DNA from: an uncultured Thermotogae bacterium
GTDB lineage: Bacteria > Bipolaricaulota > Bipolaricaulia > UBA7950 > UBA9294
Assembly (NCBI GenBank): GCA_964552295.1
Contig: CAZKFV010000101.1
Coordinates: 2,401-66,400 of the forward strand
Direction: 5' to 3'
DNA length: 64,000 nt
Every line of letters starts with the position of its first letter. Position 1 is the stretch's first letter. Positions 38,576-47,483 of the stretch are shown one piece after another. Below the pieces are notes generated by a model. The model did no database searches, was not told where the DNA came from, and saw only the letters and a program-made list of their open reading frames with translations. A program made the position numbers and the translations under genes.

Positions 38576-39292
38576 GTGGCAATCAAACTAGGTCAAGCAT
38601 TCGTCCTTCGCGTCCGCGACTTTGCAGAGTCAGATGTGATAGTCACCCTATTCACCAAAGAGTGGGGCAAAAGAGCGGCAATAGCTAAGGGGGTACGGCG
38701 CCTAGCTTCCCGTATGGGTGGGGTATTCGACCTATTGAACCTGGTAGAGATAGTCTACTACTCTAAGGAACAACTAGACCTTGTAAGTCAAGCAGATCTG
38801 ATATCGAGTTATCCTCGATTGAAGAACTCCATGCAATCCACGCTTACAGCCCTTAGGGCCTGCAAGCTTCTAGATCAATTGCTTCCTCTTCATCAACAAG
38901 AACCATCAGCTTACACCATTTTTGCGCAATTGTTAACGGTATTGGAATATGAGAAACAGCCCCGCGAACAGACGGGAGTAGCAGCTATGTTGAAACTCCT
39001 AGCCGTCCTAGGACACCGACCCGAACTCAGGGCATGTCTGCGATGTGGCAGTACAAGCGGCCCATTTCGATTCATAGCCTCACGAGGTGGAATCTTATGC
39101 GACAAGTGCACCAAAGAAGGTATTAACGTCAGTCGCGGGTTGGGTCTTTCTCTGAATACTTTAATCGATATCCCGCTACTACGAGCTGGTATCGTTCGCC
39201 TTAGAGATGAGGATCTTTGGCAAGCAAATCAAATAGTCAATTTATACATACAAGAGCTAACCGGACACCCCAGTCACAAAACGTCTACTTGA
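38576..39292 (+). CDS. recO: DNA repair protein RecO
   Basis: GTG start 1 nt after the deoC stop. FVLRVRDFAESDVIVTLFTKEWGKRAAIAKGVRR (OB fold) and a Cys4 zinc motif (CLRCGS...CDKC). Confidence 0.85.
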   Translation: MAIKLGQAFVLRVRDFAESDVIVTLFTKEWGKRAAIAKGVRRLASRMGGVFDLLNLVEIVYYSKEQLDLVSQADLISSYPRLKNSMQSTLTALRACKLLDQLLPLHQQEPSAYTIFAQLLTVLEYEKQPREQTGVAAMLKLLAVLGHRPELRACLRCGSTSGPFRFIASRGGILCDKCTKEGINVSRGLGLSLNTLIDIPLLRAGIVRLRDEDLWQANQIVNLYIQELTGHPSHKTST

Positions 39293-39336
39293 ACTGAGCT
39301 ACAACATTTGCCTATAGTTTCCCACCAGGAGGTCAA

Positions 39337-39738
39337 ATGCACTGCCAGTTACAATCCCCCGAGAAGGTTTTATTCAACGGCGAAGCGGAAATCGTCGTGG
39401 CTCGCAGCTTCCAAGGCGAATTCGCAGTGATGGATAAGCACGCTCCACTTCTAGCCGCTCTCGACGCCTCACCTCTCAGAATCAAGGCTCAAGGGCATGA
39501 GTATACATTTGCTTTGAGCGGTGGAGTCATACAGGTAACCAAGAGCGGTGTTACGATCCTTGCCCGCGAGGCGATTCCTGCATCAGAGATTGATCTGGCT
39601 GCGGTAACCGCCCGTAGACGAGAGCTCGAAAACACTAAAGACTTGCAGACAGATGAAATGAATGCAAAAGATTCTCCGACACAGGAAGAGATCGCATTTC
39701 TCATTGTACAAGAAAAGATAGGAGACGGCCTTGGATAA
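39337..39738 (+). CDS. atpC: F1-ATPase epsilon-subunit-like protein (orphan)
   Basis: PEKVLFNGEAEIVVARSFQGEFAVMDKHAPLLAAL...SGGVIQV matches the epsilon beta-sandwich pattern. SD AGGAGG lies upstream. No other atp genes occur in the window. Confidence 0.65.
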   Translation: MHCQLQSPEKVLFNGEAEIVVARSFQGEFAVMDKHAPLLAALDASPLRIKAQGHEYTFALSGGVIQVTKSGVTILAREAIPASEIDLAAVTARRRELENTKDLQTDEMNAKDSPTQEEIAFLIVQEKIGDGLG

Positions 39739-40975
39739 GCATGTCGTTGTTACAGGTATCGGACCGTTGACCCCCATAGGAATTGGTAAGGAGGCTTTCT
39801 GGGATTCTCTGATTTCTGGGAAAAGCGGCGTGCGCCGTGTTGATGATCTGATCGACCTTAGTGATATCGACGTGAAGATCGGGGCTACCGTGCAAGACTT
39901 CGATCCTCTTGACTATATGGACAGAAGGAGGGCTAGACGAATCGATCGCAGTGCGCAGTTTGCCCTGGCAGCTTCCAAACTAGCGCTTTGTGATGCCAAC
40001 TTACTCCCGGACAAGATACCATCCTCAAGAGCTGCAGTAATCGCTGGCACCGGCATTGGGGGATTACAAACCATGGAGGAAAATTTCGCCGCGCTAGCTG
40101 AGTACGGCCCTCGCCGAATAAGTCCGTTCTTTATTCCTCGATTAATGCCCAACGCTGTTGCAGGAGAGATCGCAATTGAGTTCGGGATGCGGGGCCCAAA
40201 CTTTGGTTTGGTTTCTGCTTGCGCCAGTTCCGCGCATGCGATTGGGATCGCCTACGAGCTTATCAAGTCAGGGCTCTGCGATATGGCTCTAGCTGGCGGA
40301 GCAGAGGCAGTACTGGTGAGGATTGCTTATGCCGGGTTTACTAAGATCGGAGCCTTATCCAAGCGCAATAGTGAGCCTGAGCGAGCATCCCGGCCTTTCG
40401 ACCTTCACCGCGACGGATTCATAATGGCAGAGGGAGGAGGATTCTTGATCCTAGAAGAGGAGAATAGGGCAATCAACCGCGGCGCACACATTTACGGCAA
40501 GCTAATTGGGTTTGGTATGAGCGCTGATGCAGAGCATATTACAGCCCCTGCTGAAGACGGTTCAGGTGCCGCGCAGGCGATGAAACAGGCGATGCAGCGC
40601 GCTAAGATCAACGCTTCACAGATTGATTACATAAACGCCCACGGCACATCCACCGTCCTCAACGACAAGGTAGAAACAATAGCAATAAAGGCTGTTTTCA
40701 AAGACTACGCCAGGAGTATAAAAGTAAGTTCTACCAAATCCCAAACCGGCCATCTGTTAGGAGCAGCTGGCGCTGTAGAGGTAATCGCGACATTGCTTTC
40801 CATGCAACATGGACTTATCCCCGCCACACAGAACTACGAACATGCTGATCCAGACTGCGATCTTGATTACACCCCAAAGAACACTGAAAAAGATATCGAC
40901 GTTGCCTTGAGCAACTCCTTTGGCTTCGGAGGTCAGAACGCTGCGCTTATATTTAGAAAACTAGACCATCAATAG
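39731..40975 (+). CDS. fabF: 3-oxoacyl-ACP synthase II
   Basis: VVVTGIGPLTPIG, active-site SACASSAHAIG, HGTST, GHLLGAAG and FGFGGQNA blocks. The TTG start overlaps the atpC-like stop by 8 nt. Confidence 0.93.
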   Translation: MDKHVVVTGIGPLTPIGIGKEAFWDSLISGKSGVRRVDDLIDLSDIDVKIGATVQDFDPLDYMDRRRARRIDRSAQFALAASKLALCDANLLPDKIPSSRAAVIAGTGIGGLQTMEENFAALAEYGPRRISPFFIPRLMPNAVAGEIAIEFGMRGPNFGLVSACASSAHAIGIAYELIKSGLCDMALAGGAEAVLVRIAYAGFTKIGALSKRNSEPERASRPFDLHRDGFIMAEGGGFLILEEENRAINRGAHIYGKLIGFGMSADAEHITAPAEDGSGAAQAMKQAMQRAKINASQIDYINAHGTSTVLNDKVETIAIKAVFKDYARSIKVSSTKSQTGHLLGAAGAVEVIATLLSMQHGLIPATQNYEHADPDCDLDYTPKNTEKDIDVALSNSFGFGGQNAALIFRKLDHQ

Positions 40976-41093
40976 AGGCTATCATAATAGATCTTATCTC
41001 AACTACAAAGCAACTTATCTAGTTTTTAGGGTCCGATAACAGATGTCATTACCGGCTGAAGCCAGCTCCCTCTGATGACAAATCAATTATGTT

Positions 41094-41548
41094 TCAGAAC
41101 ACGATATCAAAGCTTATTCCAGCGCCAAGAACGCCACTCCACCAGCCAAGCTCAACTAGTATGCGTACACTATCTGCAAGATCAAGATGCAATCCACCTG
41201 AAAACTGATGAATCAGCTGCAGGCTGCTACTGCTTAGAGGGAGAATCAAACGATATACAGCATAAATAGGAAAGAACATGATGTTGCTGTCAAGATAGAC
41301 TGATCCTTCTACGCCCCATCCAAGTAGACCCGGACTATATCCTCCGCTCACACCAAGTGATATAGAAAGCGTTTTGCGATCATCGAGCAGTGAGAGCTTG
41401 ATATCTCCTATCGCGCCAAAGAACGAGGGCTTACCAGATGAATCAACCATCAAGCAGCTTTGCAAACCTAAATCAACGCTTTCCGACAAGCCGGCGGTAA
41501 GCCAAGCTTGAGGAGTGAAAACAAGCGAGCTTTGCGCAACGGAATCAT
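41094..41548 (-). pseudogene. possible frameshifted small beta-barrel-like (OMP-like) gene
   Basis: The open frame 41094-41558 is Gly/Ser-rich with alternating hydrophobic residues and ends ...GAGISFDIVF (C-terminal Phe). It has no ATG and no signal peptide. A 26-codon ORF in another frame (41548-41468, MIPLRKARLFSLLKLGLPPAC..., preceded by GAGGAG) looks like the missing N-terminus. Confidence 0.3.
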
Positions 41549-41848
41549 CGCTCCTCGTTTATGCATATCAAGCTCCGCTACTGACCACTCTTACATGACT
41601 CTTCTAAATATGCAAAGTTCTACAACAAATAAGGCTCTTCACTGTTTACAGCGGGTACCAAAGATTGCAAATTATAACTGACACAAAACTTTCTCTCGCC
41701 CGCTCGCTCTGGCTCACTTGAGCTGCTGAACCCGTTTATAAATGCTCTTACTGCCTTCTTTCTTAACAATATGCTACTTCTTTTTGTCCGCATCTGCGCG
41801 CGATGTAGTGTTGTAGATGCTCTACAGCTTCCTTTCTCCCTGCAACTA

Positions 41849-41912
41849 TGCGCCTGCCTGTCCTTCGGACCTGTCTGCGTGCGTACACGCACAGGCAGGC
41901 GCAGACAGGTCC
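41849..41912. repeat. two interleaved 13-bp inverted repeats (A-B-A'-B' topology)
   Basis: A, tgcgcctgcctgt (41849-41861), pairs with acaggcaggcgca (41891-41903). B, ggacctgtctgcg (41867-41879), pairs with cgcagacaggtcc (41900-41912). A' and B' overlap by 4 nt. An inner mini-hairpin tgcgtg-cgta-cacgca is also present. Confidence 0.6.
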
Positions 41913-42516
41913 CTGCGCGAGTATGCTTTTGGTCTTTCTTACTCACCAAGCATCACTGTATTACGTCTCTTTTGAAAGCCACCCTGTTAGCACAACTACC
42001 TTCAACTACCCACTCGAAACAGCAGAGAACCAATTTATTGCATACTTTGACTGTTAGCTCGATATAATATCGCATTAATTAAGCACAAGTAGTACATGGT
42101 AAAGAATACTTAGATGCATTCCGTACAATCCTTTTTTAAGCACTAACTAAATTATCTGCCTATTCTTTGGCGCTCGGTTTTTTCAACGTCCGAGGGCAAA
42201 AACTCTCTGCTAGAGCTTCCCCCTTTAGCGCTGATGCAGTCCATATTCTTTTTGTCAAACCCGAGGTCTTCGCCCTTGCCCTTTTCGTAAAATATTTATT
42301 TATGGAGTGTCATTGCATTCCGCATTTAGAATTTAGTTGTAGAAGGCACTTTTCTCAACACTGTAACGAGACATTATGCATCATACCCTATATTATAAAA
42401 CATTACTTTGTTTGACTTGACCGTGTCTTGTCAAAAGCTGGATTGCGTAATAAGCGCTAAGCATGAAAAATACTGGACAATCGGAGACTAGGAGACAAAT
42501 TAAACAAGTCCATCAC

Positions 42517-42545
42517 TTGACTTCTGCACATTTAAGTGCTAGAAT
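42517..42545 (+). promoter_or_regulatory. sigma70-like promoter for the liv operon
   Basis: TTGACT (42517-42522), a 17-nt spacer, then TAGAAT (42540-42545). This leaves a ~140-nt leader before the livH start at 42690. Confidence 0.45.
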
Positions 42546-42689
42546 CGCGCGTGTTTTGCAGATCTAGGTATCTTGTATTTCAGATGTTTAGGAACAGTGC
42601 GCATATTAATTGAAGACTGTTTAGTTATCTTAGTAGGCAATGTTCTCTTGTATTAAGCGTTACACTAATTCTGCAAAGGCGGGTGTGGT

Positions 42690-43565
42690 ATGTTTCTGCG
42701 CGTTATTGTAATTGGCCTGTCGCTTGGCGCAGTTTATGCGTTGATATCCATTGGCTATAGCATGGTATATGGCATCCTGAAACTGATGAATTTCGCCCAC
42801 GGTGATATCTACGTCTTCGGGACATTCATCGCTTATATGCTCATGCAGCAATATGAAGTGAACATGTTTCTGGCTATTTTCTTGGCCATGGTAGTGGGCG
42901 GAGTACTAGCTTCAATAGTTGAAATCGTTGCATATCGTCCATTGCGTGGCAAGTCATTTAGGAATATGTCCATGATAAGTGCGCTGGGCGTCGCATACAT
43001 AATACAGAATTTCTCAGAGAATATCTGGACTACCAGGGTCCATTTCTTCCCCTCCATCATCACCATCCCATTTGTAAACATCTTCGGTGTAAAGATACCG
43101 GCTACTCAACTTGCTACCTTGGCCATCGTAATAGCAGTAGTAGTCGTGCTAAACCTTTTCTTAAAACATCACAAAGTCGGCAAAGCTATCCTGTGCATGT
43201 CGCAAGATATCCCTACAGCAAGCCTGATGGGCATACCCGCAAACAAGACTATTGAGATTGTCTACGTGCTAGGTGGGATGCTCGGCGTTATAGCTGGAGT
43301 TCTCTACGCGTCTTCTTACAACTCCCTATCGATCAGCATGGGGTTCTCTGGGACAATAGTCGCCTTTACCGCTGCAGTCATCGGGGGCATAGGCAGCATG
43401 AACGGAGCTCTAGTTGGTGGACTGCTCTTAGGACTTATTCATAGCATTGTTGGCGTATATATTTCGACTGCTTATCGAGATGTTATAACTTTCGCCTTCC
43501 TAATTGTCGTTTTATTGATCAGGCCTAGAGGTATTCTGGGAGAATATGTTGAGGAAAAGGTGTAG
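42690..43565 (+). CDS. livH: branched-chain amino acid ABC transporter permease
   Basis: Polytopic LivH/BraD pattern (GLSLGAVYALISIGYSMVYG...NFAHGD...). Confidence 0.88.
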   Translation: MFLRVIVIGLSLGAVYALISIGYSMVYGILKLMNFAHGDIYVFGTFIAYMLMQQYEVNMFLAIFLAMVVGGVLASIVEIVAYRPLRGKSFRNMSMISALGVAYIIQNFSENIWTTRVHFFPSIITIPFVNIFGVKIPATQLATLAIVIAVVVVLNLFLKHHKVGKAILCMSQDIPTASLMGIPANKTIEIVYVLGGMLGVIAGVLYASSYNSLSISMGFSGTIVAFTAAVIGGIGSMNGALVGGLLLGLIHSIVGVYISTAYRDVITFAFLIVVLLIRPRGILGEYVEEKV

Positions 43566-43568
43566 ACC

Positions 43569-44528
43569 GTGAATAGAAGCAGGCGCTTTATAGCTCTCAT
43601 TTTGATCGCAGTAATGACATTTCTTATCCCTACCGTGGTTAAGAGCGGATACTGGTTAGGAGTTCTGAACCTCCTACTTCTATACGTGATACTTGGACTG
43701 GGACTGAACTTAATAGCAGGTTACACTGGACTGCTATCGTTCGGCCATGCGGCCTTCTATGGGCTCGGCGCATACACTGCCGGTATTTTGCTAACTCGAT
43801 CGAACCTTCCTTTTCTGCTCGTCTTACTGCTATCGGGATTGATCGCCTTCGCAGCTGGTTTCGTGCTATCTACTTCGACAGCCAGGGTTCGTGGTGATTA
43901 TTTTGTCATCATAACCATTATATTTGGTGAAGTCTTTAGACTGGTAGCACAAGCTTGGAGGTCTTTTACCGGCGGGGCGATGGGAATAGTAGGCATTCCT
44001 GCCCCAAAAATCTTCTCTTGGACAATGATATCTGAGAAAGACTATTTCTTTTTCGGCCTAATACTTTTCTGGTTTACTTATGTTACACTCCATATGTTGG
44101 TTAAGTCCAAGTATGGGCGCGCTTTTGTCGCTATTCGCGAAGATCAACTGGCTGCTTCCGCTGCTGGAATCAATACAACACTGTACAAGATCCTGGCCTT
44201 TTCAATCGGTACTTTCTACGCTGGGATTGCTGGCTGTTATTCCGCAGTCTATAACACAGCTATAGATCCATCAGGATTCACGCTTGCTGAATCTTGTCTA
44301 ATGGTAATTATGGTCGTACTGGGAGGCTCCGGCAATCTTTTGGCCACTATTCCGGGTGTTGCTGTTATGGTTATCATTACAGAAGCTTTCCGACCACTAT
44401 ACCATTACCGCATACTTCTAATCGGCTTCATTATGGTAGCTATCATAGTAAGATATCCATATGGCTTTTGGGGAATCTATCAGGCGTTATCATCACGAAT
44501 CAGCAAATACGCTAAGAAGAAGGCATAA
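43569..44528 (+). CDS. livM: branched-chain amino acid ABC transporter permease
   Basis: GTG start. LivM/BraE pattern (GLNLIAGYTGLLSFGHAAFYGLGAY...). Confidence 0.88.
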   Translation: MNRSRRFIALILIAVMTFLIPTVVKSGYWLGVLNLLLLYVILGLGLNLIAGYTGLLSFGHAAFYGLGAYTAGILLTRSNLPFLLVLLLSGLIAFAAGFVLSTSTARVRGDYFVIITIIFGEVFRLVAQAWRSFTGGAMGIVGIPAPKIFSWTMISEKDYFFFGLILFWFTYVTLHMLVKSKYGRAFVAIREDQLAASAAGINTTLYKILAFSIGTFYAGIAGCYSAVYNTAIDPSGFTLAESCLMVIMVVLGGSGNLLATIPGVAVMVIITEAFRPLYHYRILLIGFIMVAIIVRYPYGFWGIYQALSSRISKYAKKKA

Positions 44529-45301
44529 TGGAACAACAAACACTGCTTCAAAGCGAAGATATAAGGAAGGACTTCGGTGGCATACATGCGGTACGCGACT
44601 TAAATGTTTCAATTAACAAGGGCGAAATTGTTGGAATGATCGGCCCTAATGGTTCAGGCAAGACCACCTTTTTCAATATACTGTCCAGCATATACCGCCC
44701 AGATTCGGGCACTATAAGATTCAAAGGCGAGGATATTACACATTTACCAATATACGCTATCGTAGCCAAGGGTATTACTAGAACTTTTCAGAACCTAAGG
44801 GTTTTCAGAGATATATCAGTGTTGGAGAACGTGTTAATTGGAAGACATCATTTAATTAACACTTCATTATTGCACCTCTATTTCAACCCTTTTCTAGCCC
44901 TCAAGAGGGAAAAGGAAGCGTATCTTAAGGCTATTGAACTCTTGAGATTAGTACACTTAGAGAATCAAGAGCGTGAATATGCAAGAAATCTACCTTACGG
45001 CCAGCAAAGGCTATTGGAAATAGCTCGAGGGCTGATGGCGGAACCGGACTTGTTACTTCTTGACGAACCAACTGCTGGTATGAACCCTAAGGAGGTAGCA
45101 GTATTGTGCTCGTTCTTAGAGGAGGTTAGGGAAAGAGGGTTTAGCCTTTTCATCATCGAGCACAATATGAAAGCAATCATGTCACTTGCAGACAGGATTA
45201 TCGTTTTAAATGCGGGCGCCAAAATAAGAGAAGGTACGCCAAGCGAGATTCAGGCAGATGAAGAAGTAAAAGAAATATACCTGGGAAAAGAGGAAGACTG
45301 A
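44528..45301 (+). CDS. livG: branched-chain amino acid ABC transporter ATP-binding protein
   Basis: Walker A GPNGSGKTT, signature YGQQRLLE, Walker B LLLLDEP. The start overlaps the livM stop. Confidence 0.9.
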   Translation: MEQQTLLQSEDIRKDFGGIHAVRDLNVSINKGEIVGMIGPNGSGKTTFFNILSSIYRPDSGTIRFKGEDITHLPIYAIVAKGITRTFQNLRVFRDISVLENVLIGRHHLINTSLLHLYFNPFLALKREKEAYLKAIELLRLVHLENQEREYARNLPYGQQRLLEIARGLMAEPDLLLLDEPTAGMNPKEVAVLCSFLEEVRERGFSLFIIEHNMKAIMSLADRIIVLNAGAKIREGTPSEIQADEEVKEIYLGKEED

Positions 45302-46009
45302 ATGCTTGAGATTAAAGAGCTATCTGCTGGGTACGGACATATTGAGGTGTTGCACAAGCTATCTGTGCAAATCGTAGAGCCAGAGATTATAGCCCTAGTT
45401 GGGGCAAACGGCGCCGGAAAGACTACATTACTTAAGACGATCTCAGGGTTGCTGCGCCCTACTATGGGAACAATCACATTTATGGGCGAGGAACTTAACA
45501 AAATAGCCCCTGAGAAGATAGTCAGATTAGGAATTGCACATGTCCAGGAGGGCAGGCAGGTATTCCCAAATTCCACTATCAAGGTCAATCTGGAAATGGG
45601 TGGTTACATCAGGAAGGACTCTAAAGAACTCCTAAAGTCAATGCAGCAATACTACGAAATGTTTCCTATTCTTTTTGAAAGGCGCAATATGCCTGCCTCC
45701 CTATTAAGTGGAGGGGAACAGCAGATGCTAGTTATTGCCAGAGCCTTAATGAGTAATCCAAAGCTTCTTCTGTTGGACGAACCATCGATGGGGCTTGCTC
45801 CCAATCTTGTAAACGAGGTGTTCAGTATTATCGAAGACATCCATTCGCAGGGAGTAGCTGTTTTCCTAGTTGAACAAAACGTGAAGAAGGCTCTCCAGAT
45901 ATCTAAGAGAGGTTATGTAATAGAGACAGGAAGCATTGTTCTTCAGGGGGCTGCAGAAGAGCTCTTAGATTCAGATGAAGTGAGAAAGGCATATTTAGGA
46001 GTAGTATAA
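45302..46009 (+). CDS. livF: branched-chain amino acid ABC transporter ATP-binding protein
   Basis: Walker A GANGAGKTT, signature SGGEQQML, Walker B LLLLDEP. Confidence 0.9.
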   Translation: MLEIKELSAGYGHIEVLHKLSVQIVEPEIIALVGANGAGKTTLLKTISGLLRPTMGTITFMGEELNKIAPEKIVRLGIAHVQEGRQVFPNSTIKVNLEMGGYIRKDSKELLKSMQQYYEMFPILFERRNMPASLLSGGEQQMLVIARALMSNPKLLLLDEPSMGLAPNLVNEVFSIIEDIHSQGVAVFLVEQNVKKALQISKRGYVIETGSIVLQGAAEELLDSDEVRKAYLGVV

Positions 46010-46095
46010 ATTTCAGCAATAGGGGGGCGATATATGAGTTGTTACACTGTAGCTGTTGGAAAGGTAGTCAGATTAGCAGGCGAAAAGGAGGAATT

Positions 46096-47256
46096 ATGAA
46101 CAAGCGTTTGGTGTTTCTGGCTGTAGTTGCGTTCGGTTTACTTGTGGGCTCAGTCATGGCTCTCGCTGCAGATGGTGTAGATCACAACAATAAAGTAATA
46201 ACATTTGCGTTCTGCGATGCGCTTAGTGGTCCCGCTGGAGAATATGGCTCAGGATGCCTGCACGGAGCAGAAGTGGCCGTAGCTGAAATCAATGAGCAGG
46301 GCGGTGTTGGAGAAGGCCCCCTAGCAGGATACACACTAAAACTAGAAGCCTTCGACGATAGAGGAGACGCAAAGGAAGCTGCAAGCGTTGGTAGGAAGGT
46401 AGCTAGTGGAGAATATCTCTTTGTTTCGGGCGCAACCATAAGCACCGCTGCTTTGGGTATTTCGCCAGTGCTAAACCGAGCTAGGGTCCCCTACATAATG
46501 GGCTGGGCTAGTGCCTCTTCTCTTACTCACCAAGGATTTGATAACCTTGTAAGGACAACCTACACTACCGAAGCAGAAGCTCTTGCTATGCTAAAGGCTA
46601 TGCAGGAGCGGTTTGGTGTGGAGAAAGCGTCTATAATCGTGGAAAACGGAAGCTATGGGCAAGAGCTCTTAGAGACTATGCTGGCTAACGCCGGCGATTT
46701 CGGCATTGAGTTGGGTACTCCGCTGACCATTGTACCGAAGCAGGATGTCGATTTTAACGCCGTGCTTCTAAAGGCTCAGGGAGAAAACCCAGATATGCTA
46801 GTCATCCTGGTTGAACGAAACGAGGGTGGAATGATACTAAGCCAGGCTAGAAAGCTGGGTTGGGAAGTTCCGATCTATGGTCCCAAATCACTTGGTGAAC
46901 CGCAGTTCTTTGAGCTAGCAGGCGAACAACTAGGGGAGATCTATCTAACCTGTACTCCATCCTTGGATACAACTGATCCCGTTGTGCAGAATTTCCTCGC
47001 AAATTGGGGTGAAGTTTATGATTACCCACCAGATATGGCAGCTATCTATGGTTATGACTCTGTAAAGATAGCTCTAGAGGTCATAGAAATGGGCGGAGTA
47101 GATAGGGAATCGTTCATTGAAAGACTTCGCACCGTTGAGGTTCCAGGAATCGGAAACCCGCTCTATTCATTCAACGAAAATGGCGATGTTCAGGTGCCCA
47201 ACCTTATTACAATATCAGGGCAAGAATTTAAGGAAGAATTCTTAGGTCAGGAATAG
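46096..47256 (+). CDS. ABC transporter substrate-binding protein (Leu/Ile/Val-binding family)
   Basis: SD AGGAGG lies before ATG 46096. Signal peptide MNKRLVFLAVVAFGLLVGSVMALA. Type I periplasmic-binding-fold pattern. This is the last gene of the liv cluster. Confidence 0.85.
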   Translation: MNKRLVFLAVVAFGLLVGSVMALAADGVDHNNKVITFAFCDALSGPAGEYGSGCLHGAEVAVAEINEQGGVGEGPLAGYTLKLEAFDDRGDAKEAASVGRKVASGEYLFVSGATISTAALGISPVLNRARVPYIMGWASASSLTHQGFDNLVRTTYTTEAEALAMLKAMQERFGVEKASIIVENGSYGQELLETMLANAGDFGIELGTPLTIVPKQDVDFNAVLLKAQGENPDMLVILVERNEGGMILSQARKLGWEVPIYGPKSLGEPQFFELAGEQLGEIYLTCTPSLDTTDPVVQNFLANWGEVYDYPPDMAAIYGYDSVKIALEVIEMGGVDRESFIERLRTVEVPGIGNPLYSFNENGDVQVPNLITISGQEFKEEFLGQE

Positions 47257-47283
47257 CAGCTTTATCCAAATGAACTGATTTTG

Positions 47284-47330
47284 CTGGAAGGGCATCTGTC
47301 TTTAGAACCAGTGTCCTTCCAGTTTTCTTG
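47284..47330 (+). terminator. intrinsic terminator after the liv operon
   Basis: The stem ctggaagggca / tgtccttccag has 11 bp including one G-U pair (47284-47294 with 47312-47322). It is followed by TTTTCTTG. Confidence 0.55.
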
Positions 47331-47483
47331 ATTGGCATCCTTTTGTCACTTTCGAGGTGTCATAAGCTACCACAGGAAACCACTAAGTCTCAGTGATAAC
47401 CAGTTATCTCACCAGATAGATCACACTTCAAGCCAGGCGCACTGGATCCCTAAGACATCGCTAACAACCTATACTAACGTAGA

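Noticed and set aside
41620-42415. ORFs 41620-41949 (-), 41771-42067 (+), 41848-42057 (+) and 42167-42415 (+) in the AT-rich gap.
   Set aside because: The ORFs between 41620 and 42067 overlap one another. They have no SD, and their translations are Arg/Cys/Leu-rich nonsense-like sequences. Some are created by the GC-rich palindrome. I treat the region as non-coding or decayed.
42546-42689. Possible riboswitch or T-box in the ~140-nt liv leader.
   Set aside because: I recognised no T-box motif (AGGGTGGTACCGCG-like), no specifier/antiterminator arrangement and no known amino-acid riboswitch core. The leader is AT-rich with little stable pairing.
42060-42690. The AT-rich stretch as a candidate replication origin (dnaN is in the window).
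   Set aside because: I saw no cluster of DnaA-box-like nonamers (TTATCCACA/TGTGGATAA). The stretch is 40 kb from dnaN, and no dnaA gene is present.
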